Source: Macrostomum lignano
Taxonomy: Eukaryota
Reading direction: 5' to 3'
DNA length: 64,000 bases
Assembly (NCBI GenBank): GCA_002269645.1
Contig: NIVC01003006.1
Coordinates: forward strand, 61,969 to 125,968
Shown: positions 50,701-64,000 of the stretch, piece by piece
Numbering within the stretch: the stretch's first letter is position 1
Layout: each line of letters starts with the position of its first letter
The notes under the pieces: generated by a model
The model's database searches: none
What the model was told of the DNA's origin: nothing
Seen by the model: only the letters and a program-made list of their open reading frames with translations
Made by a program: the position numbers and the translations under genes

Positions 50701-51170
50701 GCCTTTATATCTCGGTGATTCCTCCAGTAAGTTTTGACATCTTAGCAATTTCTCCCCATCCAAAGCCTTGCTATCTCAGCGATACCTCCCCAAGCCTTCA
50801 CATCTCAGTAATTCCCTGCGTAAGCCTTTATATCTCAGTTATTCCCCCGGTAAGTCTTGAAATCTTAGCTATCAAGGCGTCCAAAGCCTTGACATCTCAG
50901 AGATTCCCCCACGCCTTGAAATCTCAGCAATTTCCTCTTAAGCCTTGGCATCTCAGCAAGTCCGTTTTAAGCCTTTGACATCTCAGTAATTCCCCCAGTA
51001 AGCCTGCATATTTGAATAATTCCCCAGTAAGTCTTGGCATCTCAGCAATCTCCCCTGAGCAAGCATCCCTAAGAGCAAGCGTCCTTCCGATAGCAAGCAT
51101 CCCCTGATATAAAGTACCCCAAGCAAGATAGTAAGAAAATTTCCTCAGCTAGTACTCGTACAATAATTAA
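47757..51170. repeat. Composite satellite block: two related modules (47757-50140 and 50141-51170), each with AAAGAATCCCC-type then CCTTGACATCTCAGCAATTCCCC-type degenerate repeats
   Basis: CTAGCCAATTCCAACCCCCGT at the start of both modules; shared linker GAGCAAGCATCC..GATAGCAA..ATTTCCTCAGCTAG at both ends. Confidence 0.85.
49330..49945. repeat. Homogeneous 29-bp array (GACTTGACATCTCAGCAGTTTACCCCTAA), about 21 copies
   Basis: Direct tandem units inside the first composite module. Confidence 0.95.
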
Positions 51171-53192
51171 TTTCTTATCTAGTGCAATAATCCTTTTCAA
51201 AAGTTAAAGTTTAATAAGAATTTTCGAATACACTACATGAACGCTCGTAGCTTCTTCTCTTTTATCTGATTTATTTGACGTTTTTTAAAGTTTCCTTCAA
51301 CTGTCTTGAAATTAAAATTTTTAAGAAAAAACTTTTACACTCTAAAAATTCGAACCCACGTCGCTGCATTAGCAGTTCAGTCTGTTCACTTCTAGGCTAG
51401 CTCTCTGAATTTAGCACTATGAATTTTAGCACTTATATATTTCAACACTGAAAACTCCAAGCATAGAGTAGAAATCGCTCGAAGCAAGTTATGACATAAT
51501 CAATTTCTCAGGCAGTCAATATCAGTTTCAATTATTAAAGTCAACAATTAAAGTCAACAATATGGTTACGCAATCTAAATTGAAATCCAATGGCGCTGGT
51601 TTGAATTGTGGAGTTGCGATAAAGTAGGGGTTTGCGTTATGGGAGAGTGTACAATGAGTATATATAGTAAAATGCATAGAAATCTTCTTTTTAATGCTGT
51701 GCTTTTCATTTTTCGAATCTCAGCAAACAAATTATATTCCCGAACTCAGCGTTTCTAGCTCTTTCCAGCAATACAAGGCTCTCTTCTGAAAGTGAAAAAC
51801 TCGAAGCAAAAATAACAATTGAACATTCCTGCTTTAAAGCATTCAAATTCATAAAGGTGTACATTCAGCGCCAGTTACAGTGAGAGGCCTGCAAGTTGAT
51901 CCATTAAAATTAACAACCAAGCCAATGCCCAGGACTAATTGAATAGCGACACCCGCCCCTCAATTTCAGTATCTAAAATGTGTTGCGCAACCTTTCAACG
52001 CTTGTAGCTCTCCACGCGAGTGTAGAGAACCAATGCTATAGTTGGCACTGAGTTATGATGCAATACAATTCCATCGGCAGTCAGACTGCTTCTCAATCGG
52101 AAAGAACTGTTTGAACTTTAAAAAACGGGGTAAAATCGAGTTTTTCGAATATTTAAGCCCGAAAAAATAAAGCAATTTCTTAGCAAAATTTTGTGTACCA
52201 GCGCACCATCAATACGCATCGAATGCAGAAAACCCCACGAAATTCCGACCATGTAGAGTGAAGTTAAGCGAAGGTTCCTATAGGTACATAGTTTTGATTT
52301 TTAGTATATTGGACTAGCTAATTAGAGCTGGCTGCCAGCAGCCAGAATAATTTTTTATTGCCCCCCTTTAAGTGGAGCGGAGTGAGTTTTCTTATCAGTT
52401 GGCTCTGGCGCAATCAATTAAAATTGGCAGTGAAGTTTCTGGCTGATAAAATTTGCATTGAAAAAGGCCATTTAAAACAGTTTTTCGAATATTTAATCCC
52501 TTTAGCATTGAAGCAGATACAAGAAATTTTAACCATACAATCCCAGGCTGTTCACAAATCTTTTGGCGAAAACGCGATCAAAATCGGTGAAGAATTGCAG
52601 TCTCTAGAGCGTTATGGACAAACATACAAACAAACCTTAGAGATTTAGTATATTTAGAAAGATTACATTGTGTGCTTGAAATGAATATACGGTAGCTTTT
52701 ACGTAGCTTTTACGGTAGCTTAGCTTCTTACATTTGTTATTAAAATGCACTCAGTATAGGAATTGAATTATTAGTCCAAACTTACTATATTTCTTTGCCC
52801 AACGCGAAAAACACATTGAGTGAGCAAATGCTTACCAAATGTGGGCCGAAAGTGTAGGCAAAGGTCCTAGAAAGGGTTGTGCATTGGAAAGAATAACAGA
52901 CACCTTCGCAAATTTAACAGCAGACATCTGATTCATCTACTTATACTAGAAATATGAACATTTTAGTACTATAAAATCAGTTTGCGGACTTACGAGCTAT
53001 TCAGTAAATGCTAGCCCGGCTAGTGAACTGGTATTCAATCCGAGATGTAATGAAATATTTTACCTGTCCCAATCAAGTTTTAGTGATTTTAAGTGAAATG
53101 CGAATAATCAAATATTATTATCAAATAGGCAGGATGATTTTTATTACTTTCTTACCAAATTTTACCGACCCAATCAAAGCCAGGAAGCCCAA

Positions 53193-56100
53193 ATGTCCGA
53201 CGACGAGTCCCAGCAGATTGACCACTCCTTCCACTCGCTTCTGGAGTCTAGCAATGAGAAACGCATCTTCAAACGCATCCTGGTGGCTAACCGGGGCGAA
53301 ATTGCCATGCGCATCTACCGGGCCTGCAGCGAGTTGGGCATCCGGTCCATCGGTGTCTACAGCGAGGTGGACACGATGCACATGCACCGCACCATGGCCG
53401 ATGAGAGCTACCTGATTGGCAAGGGCTTGCCGCCTGTGCAAGCCTATCTAAACATACCGACTATAGTGCAGGTGGCCAAGGAGACTGGCGCGGACGCCGT
53501 GCACCCAGGCTACGGATTCCTGTCGGAGAGTGCGGAGTTTGCGCAAGCCTGCAACGACGCTGGAATAGTGTTCATCGGGCCAAAGCCTGAGACTGTGGCT
53601 CTACTTGGAGACAAGGTTTGTGCGCTTTTTTGTTCGACTAACACTGGCTATTCCAAGTTAGTTTTTTATGAAAAGCATTAGGATTCGATCCGCCACTCTT
53701 CACTGAAAACTAACTCAGGTGAAAGCCCGTGCCGCTTCCGTCGCCGCCGGTGTCCCCGTGGTGCCCGGCTCGCCCGGGCCAATCCAAAGCGCTAAGGAGG
53801 TGACCGATTTCTGCGCCGAGCATGGCTTCCCGGTCATCCTTAAGGCGGCCTTCGGCGGTGGCGGCCGCGGCATGCGAATTGTACGCCGCGCCGAGGATCT
53901 CGTTGAATCGTTCGAGCGGGCCACTTCTGAGGCGAAGGCGGCGTTCGGAAACGGGTCCATGTTTGTGGAGCGCTACGTGGAGAATGCAAGGCACATTGAG
54001 GTGAGCATATGCCATATTAGCTGTATGAAGTTTTATACTACAGACGGAGGGTTGATTGGCTCTCCTTCAACGCATTATGAACTCTTTAGGGTTTAGCCGT
54101 TTTACTGACATGTGATTTGCTGGTTTGACAAGTGACATTCTAAATCTTCTCTACAGATACAAATCCTAGCTGACAGCAAGGGAAACGTTGTTCACCTGCA
54201 CGAGCGCGACTGTTCGGTTCAACGTCGCCACCAGAAGGTAGTGGAAATCGCCCCTGCTCCGTACTTGGACCCTGCGGTGGCAGCGGCCATTGCAGGCGAC
54301 GCTGTGAAGCTCATGCGCCACGTAGGCTATCAGAATGCCGGCACTGTGGAGTTCCTCTATGAGCAGCACACTGGACAGCACTTCTTCATGGAGGTTAACC
54401 CGCGAATCCAGGTCGAGCACACTGTCACTGAGGAGGTCACTGGAGTCGATATTGTGCGCAAGCAGGTGAGATTAACACAGTCGCAGAGCATCTGAATTTA
54501 AACCTAAAGCTGATATATTACCATTTTCTTCTTGGTTCAGTTTCTTTCTGGTCGCTTGATAATATCTACACATCGCGTTTGTTGTAATAAGCAGTCCAAA
54601 CCGTGTCAGCTTACATTGGCAAGCCGATTCCCTCTAGCACTAACCATTGCTTTTTATTTCACTCCAACCCCCTGTCCTTTCTAGATCCGCATAGCCGAGG
54701 GCTACACGCTGGCTCAGCAGGACATCAGTCAGGAATCAGTCAAAGTCAACGGCTTCGCTATGCAGTGCCGCATCACCACCGAGGATCCGCACCGGGGCTT
54801 CCAGCCTGACTCTGGCCGCCTGGAAGACTTCCGCCCCGGCCTGGGCATCGGCATCCGGCTGGACTCGGCCAGCGCCTACGCTGGCGCAATCATCTCGCCC
54901 TACTACGACAGCCTGCTCTGCAAGGTGATCGTCAAGGCAAGCAACTTCCACGACTGCGTGGTGAAAACGTACCGCTGCCTTGGAGAGTTTCGCATACGCG
55001 GCGTCAAGACCAACATACCGTTTTTGCGAAACCTGCTGAACTGCTCGGAGTTCCTTTCTGGCCCAGTCAGCACCGGCTTTCTGGACCGCAATCCGCAGCT
55101 GGTAAAGCAGAAGACATCTAAAAACAAGGCCCAGCGCCTGCTGTTCTTTATTGGTGAGTGCGGGGAATTAATGAGTCATGTAGAATGTGTCTATAGGCAG
55201 TGGGTATCACCACATAAAACGTGCTACTACTAAATTTCATCCACAGCCGAGACGCTGGTGAATGGACCAACAACTCCGATAAGTAACAAGGATATCCGCA
55301 TTCCCGAAGTGAATCCACCGGTGCCGGATATTGACTATTGTAAGTAATGTATTTTTCTATTTCCCTTACTTCTGAATTCAAAATGCAAAGATACGAGCCT
55401 AAATGTCGGGAAGCACAGGGGTGCAGTTTTTGGTCACTTGTACTCATCTTTTTGGCTTTTTGCCCTTCTGCCAAATAAAATTTTCAGTACTTAGTCGCCA
55501 GCTTAGTATGGGGATTTTAGTATATGGATTTTTATACGTAAGTTGTTTTAATTGAACAGAATTTTATGATATCCCGATAAAAAAGACTCGTATGTTTCCA
55601 ACTACTTCAGCCTCCAGCTGCCCCCCCGGTTGGCGGCAGATTCTGCTTAAAGAGGGACCTGAGGCCTTTGCCAAGGCCATCCTGCGTCATCCGACTGTTC
55701 TCCTCACGGACACCACGATGCGCGACGCCCACCAGTCGCTACTGGCTACTCGAGTTCGAACTCACGACCTCATCAAGATTGCTCCCTTTGTAGCCAGACG
55801 CATGGAGAATCTACTTTCACTCGAGTGCTGGGGCGGCGCCACCTTTGATGTGGCCATGCGCTTTCTGCACGAGTGCCCGTGGGATCGTCTTGAGGAGCTG
55901 CGGAAGAGGATCCCTAATATCCCGTTTCAGATGCTGCTACGCGGCGCGAACGCTGTTGGCTACACCAACTACCCGGACAACGTGGTGTACAAGTTCTGCG
56001 AGGAGGCTGTTAAGTCCGGCATGGACATATTTCGCGTTTTTGATTGTCTTAACTACATACCAAACATGGTTGTTGGTATGGACGCTGTGCGAAAAGCCGG

Positions 56101-57541
56101 CGGCGTGGTCGAAGCCGCGTTGTGCTACACGGGAGACGTCACCCGTTCTGAAAAGTACACCCTGCAGTACTATTTGGACACTGCGGAGCAGCTTGTGCGC
56201 GCCGGGACGCATATCTTAGCCATCAAAGACATGGCTGGCTTGCTGAAGCCAGATGGAGCGCGCCTGTTAGTGCGCGCTCTGAAGACAAAGTTCCCGGACT
56301 ACCCGCTGCACGTGCACACACACGACACAGCTGGAGCCGGAGTGGCCACGCTACTCGCCTGTGCCGAAGCTGGCGCCGACATAATTGACGCCGCCGTCGA
56401 CTCAATGAGCGGAATAACTTCGCAGCCGTCGATGGGTGCCCTGGTGGCCTGTCTGGGCGGCAACGGTGGGGGTCTCCGAATGCCGGACGTGACGCAGTAC
56501 AGCTCCTACTGGGAGTTGACCCGACGTCTTTACGCCAACTTTGAGTGCACGAGCACTATGCGTAGCGGAAATGCTGACGTCTACGAGAACCAGATCCCGG
56601 GTGGACAGTATACCAACCTGCAGTTTCAGTCCATGAGCCTTGGACTCGCTGATCAGTTTGAACTGGTCAAGAAAAGATTTTCCGAGGCCAACCAACTGCT
56701 TGGTGACATTATCAAGGTGACTCCGAGCTCGAAGATTGTGGGAGACCTGGCCCAGTTTATGGTGCAGAACGGCCTGTCTTATAATGATGTTCTTGAGAGG
56801 GCTTCTGACCTCTCTTTTCCAACGTCTGTTATCGAGTTTTTTGACGGTCACGTCGGACAGCCGTACGGCGGCTTCCCTCCCAAGCTGGCGGCCGCTGTTC
56901 TTAAGGGTCGCCCGCCGACCTACACTGACCGACCGGGCGCCAAGATGCCACCATTCGACTTCGATGCGCTTCGTGAGCGTTTAAATGAGAAGTTCAGCGA
57001 TCTTCACATCACGGAGAAGGATTTGATTAGCTCTGCACTGTATCCCCGCATGCACGAGCAGTTTATGATTAACCGTCGTCTATACGGTCCGGTATGGTTG
57101 CTAGATACGCGAGTGTTCTTCCAGGGCCCCAAGACGGCTGAGGAGCTGGAGATCCAGCTGCATCAAGGCAAGACGATGTATGTCAAGCCACTGGCCGTGG
57201 CTGGCGTGGACAAGCGTGGCCAGCGAGAGTGCTTCTTCGAGGTCAACGGTCAGCAGCGGGTCGTTTACGTGACCGACCGCGAGGCCTCTAAGGACATCAT
57301 CATTCGCCCGAAGGCCGACCAGAACAACAAGGGCTCCGTCGGTTCGCCGATGCCTGGCGAGATTCTCGCTATCAAGGTTAAACAGGGCGACGCTGTTGAG
57401 AAAGGCCAGGCTCTGATAGTGGTGTCCGCTATGAAAATGGAGCTGGTCGTTTCGGCTCCTATAACCGGCAAAGTGAAATCTGTGTACGTGACGGTCAAGG
57501 ACAAGGTGGAAGGCAACGACCTGGTGATGGACCTCGAGTGA
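53193..57541 (+). CDS. PC: Pyruvate carboxylase: exons 53193-53615, 53719-54000, 54157-54465, 54685-55153, 55247-55339, 55611-57541 (1,168 aa)
   Basis: Biotin carboxylase motifs [37 protein letters not shown]; carboxyltransferase motifs RDAHQS, WGGATFD, AIKDMAG, HVHTHDT; biotinylation motif AMKME. All introns are GT-AG and phase-compatible. Confidence 0.97.
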
Positions 57542-58373
57542 ATGACTATTCTAAGTAGATTGGGACCGACAGACGGTTTTGACTCTACTAGATTTGTAGT
57601 GTGTTAGCTGTTCATTTAGATTTTGCACAGTTATAACTCGACCGATCCAGTTTTCCATCGTCATGTAGCCTTCAAGACAACAATTTTTTTCAGTAGCAAG
57701 TTTTTTACAAAAAAAAATATTTGGCTCATCTACGAAGGCTCCTCGGTGAGCGTTAAATTAGATAGTTTTCATTTCCATCTGTTATTGCAAAATCTTGCCG
57801 TTCGTGAAGCATACTGTAGATTTTTGTTGGTATGATGGCATGCCATATTTTGACATTTTTATGATGGGTAGATGCTACATATTAGCTAGATGCTCTTTTT
57901 TAATTTAGTTTTAGTCTTTAGACTTAGCCAATTCCAGCAAAGCAATGCAGCTTTTTCGACTAACGTCTTGTTAACTAGCTTGGAATTAGTTACTTTCTAT
58001 TAACTCTTATATTCACACGTATTAGTAATCTCATTGCCGTTCTATCATTGTTTATCGAACAAAGTACCCCACGCCTGTTATAATAGCTTTTTTGAAGTAA
58101 CTATCCCATTGATAGTTATCCTTTTTGATTTAATCGCTACATTGAAGAGTAGACACAAGGTAGTTGCCGTGCGATCTAGCTTTTAGCAGTGCACCAACAA
58201 TTTCGCGTAGGAATTTTCCATAATCAATCAAATAGATCCGAAAAAAACTGCTTAGCCTTCGTTGTTTTAGTAAACCGATTTTTTAGTTTGTCTTAATATA
58301 TACACTACGTTATACGTTATTATACGTTACACTACGAAACTTTGAGAATGACAGCCCGGTAACCTGCTTGTTT

Positions 58374-61300
58374 GAGAACGATGACCTGCTTGTTTGAGAA
58401 CGATGACCTGCTTGTTTGAGAACGATGACCTGCTTGTTTGAGAACGATGACCTGCTTGTTTGAGAACGATGACCTGCTTGTTTGAGAACGATGACCTGCT
58501 TGTTTGAGAACGATGACCTGCTTGTTTGAGAACGATGACCTGCTTGTTTGAGAACGATGACCTGCTTGTTTGAGAATGATGACCTGTTTGTTTGAGAATG
58601 ATGACCCGCTTGTTTGAGAACGATGACCTGCTTGTTTGAGAATGATGACCTGTTTGTTTGAGAATGATGACCCGCTTGTTTGAGAACGATGACCTGCTTG
58701 TTTGAGAATGATGACCCGCTTGTTTGAGAACGATGACCTGCTTGTTTGAGAATGATGACCCGCTTGTTTGAGAACGATGACCTGCTTGTTTGAGAATGAT
58801 GACCTGTTTGTTTGAGAATGATGACCCGCTTGTTTGAGAACGATGACCTGCTTGTTTAAGAATGATGACCTGTTTGTTTGAGAATGGTGACCCGCTTGTT
58901 TGAGAACGATGACCTGCTTGTTTAAGAATGATGACCCGCTTGTTTAAGAACGATTACCTGCTTGTTAAGGAATGATGACCCGCTTGCTTGAGAATGATGA
59001 CCTGCTTCTTAAAGAATGATGACCCGCTTGTTTAAGAATGATGACCTGCTTGTTTGAGAACGATGGCCTGCTTGTTTGAGAACGATGACCTGCTTGTTTG
59101 AGAATGATGACCTGCTTGTTTGAGAACGATGACCCGCTTGTTTAAGAATGATGACCCGCTTGTTTGAGAACAATGACCTGCTTGTTAAAGAATGATGACC
59201 CGCTTGTTTAAGAATGATGACCCGCTTGTTTAAGAACAATGACCTGCTTGTTAAAGAATGATGACCCGCTTGCTTGAGAATGATGACCTGCTTGTTAAAG
59301 AATGATGACCCGCTTGTTTAAGAACGATGACCTGCTTGTTAAATAATGATGACCCGCTTATTTAAGAATGATGGCCTGCTTGTTTAAGAATGATGACCCG
59401 CTTGTTTAAGAATGATGAACGCTTGTTTAAGAATGATGACGTGTTCGTTTGAGAATGATGACCCGCTTGTTTAGGAATGATGACCCGCTTGCTTGAGAAT
59501 GATGACCCGCTTGTTTGAGAATGATGACCTGCTTGTTTGAGAATGATGACCCGCTTGTTTGAAAACGATGACCTGCTTGTTAAAGAATGATGACCCGCTT
59601 GCTTGAGAATGATGACCTGCTTCTTAAAGAATGATGACCCGCTTGTTTAAGAATGATGACCCGCTTGCTTGAGAATGATGGCCTGCTTGTTTGAGAATGA
59701 TGACCCGCTTGTTTAAGAATGATGACCCGCTTGCTTGAGAATGATGACCTGCTTGTTAAAGAATGATGACCCGCTTGTTTAAGAATGATGACCCGCTTGT
59801 TTAAGAACGATGACCTGCTTGTTAAAGAATGATGACCCGCTTGTTTAAGAATGATACCCGCTTGTTTAAAAATGATGACCCGCTTGTTTGAGAATGATGA
59901 CCTGCTTGTTTGAGAATGATGACCCGCTTGTTTAAGAATGATGGCCTGCTTGTTTGAGAATGATGGCCTGCTTGCTTGAGAATGATGACCTGCTTGTTTG
60001 AGAATGATGACCTGCTTCTTAAAGAATGATGACCCGCTTGTTTGAGAATGATGACCGCTTGTTTGAGAATGATGGCCTGCTTGTTTGAGAATGATGGCCT
60101 GCTTGTTTGAGAATGATGACCTGCTTTTTGAGAATGATGACCGCTTGTTTAAGAATGATGGCCTGCTTGTTTGAGAATGATGACCTGCTTGTTTAAGAAT
60201 GATGACCTGCTTGTTTGAGAATGATGACCTGCTTGTTTGAGAATGATGACCTGCTGCTTGTTTGAGAATGATGGCCTGCTTGTTTAAGAATGATGGCCTG
60301 CTTGTTTGAGAATGATGACCTGCTTGTTTGAGAATGATGACCTGCTTGTTTGAGAATGATGACCTGCTGCTTGTTTGAGAATGATGACCTGCTTGTTAAA
60401 GAATGATGACCCGCTTGTTTGAGAATGATGACCCGCTTGTTTGAGAACGATGACCTGCTTGTTTGAGAATGATGACCTGCTTGTTAAAGAATGATGACCC
60501 GCTTGTTTGAGAATGGTGACCCGCTTGTTTGAGAACGATGACCTGCTTGTTTAAGAATGATGACCCGCTTGTTTAAGAACGATGACCTGCTTGTTAAAGA
60601 ATGATGACCCGCTTGCTTGAGAATGATGACCTGCTTCTTAAAGAATGATGACCCGCTTGTTTAAGAACGATGGCCTGCTTGTTTGAGAACGATGGCCTGC
60701 TTGTTTGAGAACGATGACCTGCTTGTTTGAGAACGATGACCTGCTTGTTTGAGAATGATGACCTGCTTGTTTGAGAATGATGACCTGCTTGTTTGAGAAC
60801 GATGACCCGCTTGTTTAAGAATGATGACCCGCTTGTTTGAGAACAATGACCTGCTTGTTAAGAATGATGACCCGCTTGTTGAGAATGATGACCTGCTTGT
60901 TTGAGAATGATGACCCGCTTGTTAAGAATGATGACCCGCTTGTTTAAGAATGATGACCCGCTTGTTTAAGAATGATGACCGCTTGTTTAAGAATGATGAC
61001 CCGCTTGTTTAAGAATGATGACCGGTTGTTTAAGAATGATGACCCGCTTGTTTAAGAATGATGACCCGCTTGCTTGAGAATGATGACCCGCTTGTTTGAG
61101 AATGATGACCTGCTTGTTTGAGAACGATGACCTGCTTGTTAAAGAATGATGACCCGCTTGCTTGAGAATGATGACCTGCTTCTTAAAGAATGATGACCCG
61201 CTTGTTTGAGAATGATGACCCGCTTGTTTAAGAATGATGGCCTGCTTGTTTGAGAATGATGGCCTGCTTGCTTGAGAATGATGACCTGCTTGTTTGAGAA

Positions 61301-64000
61301 TGATGACCTGCTTCTTAAAGAATGATGACCCGCTTGTTTGAGAATGATGACCCGCTTGTTTGAGAATGATGGCCTGCTTGTTTGAGAATGATGGCCTGCT
61401 TGTTTGAGAATGATGACCTGCTTTTTTGAGAATGATGCCTGCTTGTTTGAGAATGATGACCCGCTTGTTTAAGAATGATGCCTGCTTGTTTGAGAATGAT
61501 GACCTGCTTGTTTGAGAATGATGACCGCTTGTTTAAGAATGATGGCCTGCTTGTTTGAGAATGATGACCTGCTTGTTTGAGAATGATGACCTGCTTGTTT
61601 GAGAATGATGACCTGCTTGTTTGAGAATGATGACCTGCTGCTTGTTTGAGAATGATGCCTGCTTGTTTAAGAATGATGCCTGCTTGTTTGAGAATGATGA
61701 CCTGCTTGTTTAAGAATGATGCCTGCTTGTTTGAGAATGATGACCCTGCTTGTTTGAGAATGATGACCGCTTGTTTGAGAATGATGACCCGCTTGTTTAA
61801 GAATGATGGCCTGCTTGTTTGAGAATGATGACCCGCTTGTTTAAGAATGATGACCTGCTTGTTGAGAATGATGACCCGCTTGTTTAGAATGATGACCCGC
61901 TTGTTTAAGAATGATGACCTGCTTGTTTAGAATGATGACCGCTTGTTTGAGAATGATGACCTGCTTGTTTGAGAATGATGACCTGCTTGTTTGAGAATGA
62001 TGACCTGCTTGTTTAAGAATGATGCCTGCTTGTTTGAGAATGATGACCTGCTTGTTTGAGAATGATGACCCGCTTGTTTAAGAATGATGCCTGCCTGCTT
62101 GTTTGAGAATGATGACCCGCTTGTTTAAGAATGATGACCCGCTTGTTTGAGAATGATGACCTGCTGCTTGTTTGAGAATGATGACCTGCTTGTTTGAGAA
62201 TGATGACCTGCTTGTTTGAGAATGATGACCCGCTTGTTTAAGAATGATGCCTGCTTGTTTGAGAATGATGACCTGCTTGTTTGAGAATGATGACCCGCTT
62301 GTTTGAGAATGATGACCTGCTTGTTTGAGAATGATGACCGCTTGTTTAAGAATGATGCCTGCTTGTTTGAGAATGATGACCTGCTTGTTTGAGAATGATG
62401 ACCCGCTTGTTTAAGAATGATGACCTGCTTGTTTGAGAATGATGACCTGCTGCTTGTTTGAGAATGATGACCTGCTTGTTAAAGAATGATGACCTGCTTG
62501 TTTGAGAATGATGACCCGCTTGTTTAGAATGATGACCTGCTTGTTTGAGAATGATGACCGCTTGTTTAAGAATGATGACCTGCTTGTTTGAGAATGATGA
62601 CCTGCTGCTTGCTTGAGAATGATGACCTGCTTGTTAAAGAATGATGACCTGCTTGTTAAAGAATGATGACCCGCTTGTTTGAGAATGATGACCCGCTTGT
62701 TTGAGAACGATGACCTGCTTGTTTGAGAATGATGACCTGCTTGTTTAAGAATGATGACCGCTTGTTTGAGAATGATGACCGCTTGTTTAAGAATGATGAC
62801 CTGCTTGTTTGAGAATGATGACCTGCTTGTTTAAAGAATGATGACCGCTTGCTTGAGAATGATGACCTGCTTTTTAAGAATGATGACCCGCTTGTTTAAG
62901 AATGATGCCTGCTTGTTTGAGAATGATGCCTGCTTGTTTAGAATGATGACCTGCTTGTTTGAGAATGATGACCTGCTTGTTTGAGAATGATGACCGCTTG
63001 TTTGAGAATGATGACCGCTTGTTTGAGAATGATGACCCGCTTGTTTAAGAATGATGACCGCTTGTTTGAGAGAATGATGACCTGCTTGTTAAGAATGATG
63101 ACCCGCTTGTTTGAGAATGATGACCTGCTTTGTTAAAGAATGATGACCCGCTTGTTTGAGAATGATGACCCGCTTGTTTGAGAATGATGACCTGCTTGTT
63201 AAATAATGATGACCTGCTTGTTTGAGAATGATGACCCGCTTGTTTGAGAATGATGACCGCTTGTTTAAGAATGATGACCGCTTGTTTGAGAATGATGACC
63301 GCTGCTTGTTTGAGAATGATGACCTGCTTGTTTGAGAATGATGACCCTGCTTGTTTGAGAATGATGACCGCTTGTTTGAGAAGATGACCTGCTTGTTGAG
63401 AATGATGACCTGCTTGTTTGAGAATGATGACCGCTTGTTTGAGAATGATGACCTGCTTTTGAGAATGATGACCGCTTGTTTGAGAATGATGACCTGCTTG
63501 TTTGAGAATGATGACCTGCTTGTTTGAGAATGATGACCTGCTTGTTTGAGAATGATGACCTGCTTGTTTGAGAATGATGACCTGCTTGTTTTGAGAATGA
63601 TGACCTGCTTGTTTGAGAATGATGACCCGCTTGTTTAAGAATGATGACCCGCTTGTTTAGAACAATGACCTGCTTGTTAAAGAATGATGACCCGCTTGCT
63701 TGAGAATGATGACCTGCTTGTTTAAGAATGATGACCCGCTTGTTTAAGAATGATGACCCGCTTGTTTAAGAATGATGACCTGCTTGTTTAAAGAATGATG
63801 ACCCGCTTTTTAAGAATGATGACCCGCTTGTTGAGAATGATGACCGCTTGTTTAAGAATGATGACCGCTTGTTTGAGAATGATGACCGCTTGTTTAAGAA
63901 TGATGACTGTTCGTTGAGAATGATGACCTTGTTTAAGAATGATGACCGCTTGTTGAGAATGATGACCCGCTTGTTTAAGAATGATGACCTGCTTGTTTGA
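58374..64000. repeat. 22-bp satellite (GAGAAYGATGACCYGCTTGTTT), >5.6 kb, runs off the right edge
   Basis: Direct tandem units with interleaved variants. Confidence 0.98.

Noticed and set aside
55592-57541. Bacterial or horizontally acquired carboxylase
   Set aside because: It is the last exon of a spliced six-exon pyruvate carboxylase with canonical introns.
58374-64000. snoRNA C-box (ATGATGA) array or telomere
   Set aside because: The motif is simply part of the 22-bp unit; no D boxes or TTAGGG repeats.

Overview
Animal (metazoan) nuclear DNA with GC-rich exons and AT-rich, repeat-laden introns; the lineage cannot be fixed from sequence alone (a flatworm such as Macrostomum is only a guess). 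There are four host genes: a 2-exon 1-Cys peroxiredoxin (Prx6, minus strand), a ~1,900-aa ankyrin-repeat protein (plus; one ~5.4-kb exon plus five small phase-2 exons that the ORF track misses), a PIAS-type SUMO E3 ligase (minus; six exons reconstructed, no SAP exon found) and pyruvate carboxylase (plus; six coding exons, no obvious mitochondrial presequence). About 25-52 kb is transposon and satellite debris. It includes a four-superfamily nest (mariner hosting a hAT and a 9-bp-TSD foldback, the hAT hosting a TSD-less AAA|TTT element with 161-bp modular TIRs and a Harbinger-like transposase remnant), a second foldback, a 5'-truncated LINE abutting an LTR-gag fragment, and composite satellites. 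Two tRNA-derived SINE families and nested hAT MITEs lie at about 12.7-23.1 kb, in or beside the ankyrin and PIAS genes. The window ends in >5.6 kb of a 22-bp satellite. Three 1-bp-deletion frameshifts in Prx6 and the ankyrin gene look like long-read consensus errors. No CRISPR, rRNA or intact tRNA genes were found. All calls were made by eye; no database searches were run.
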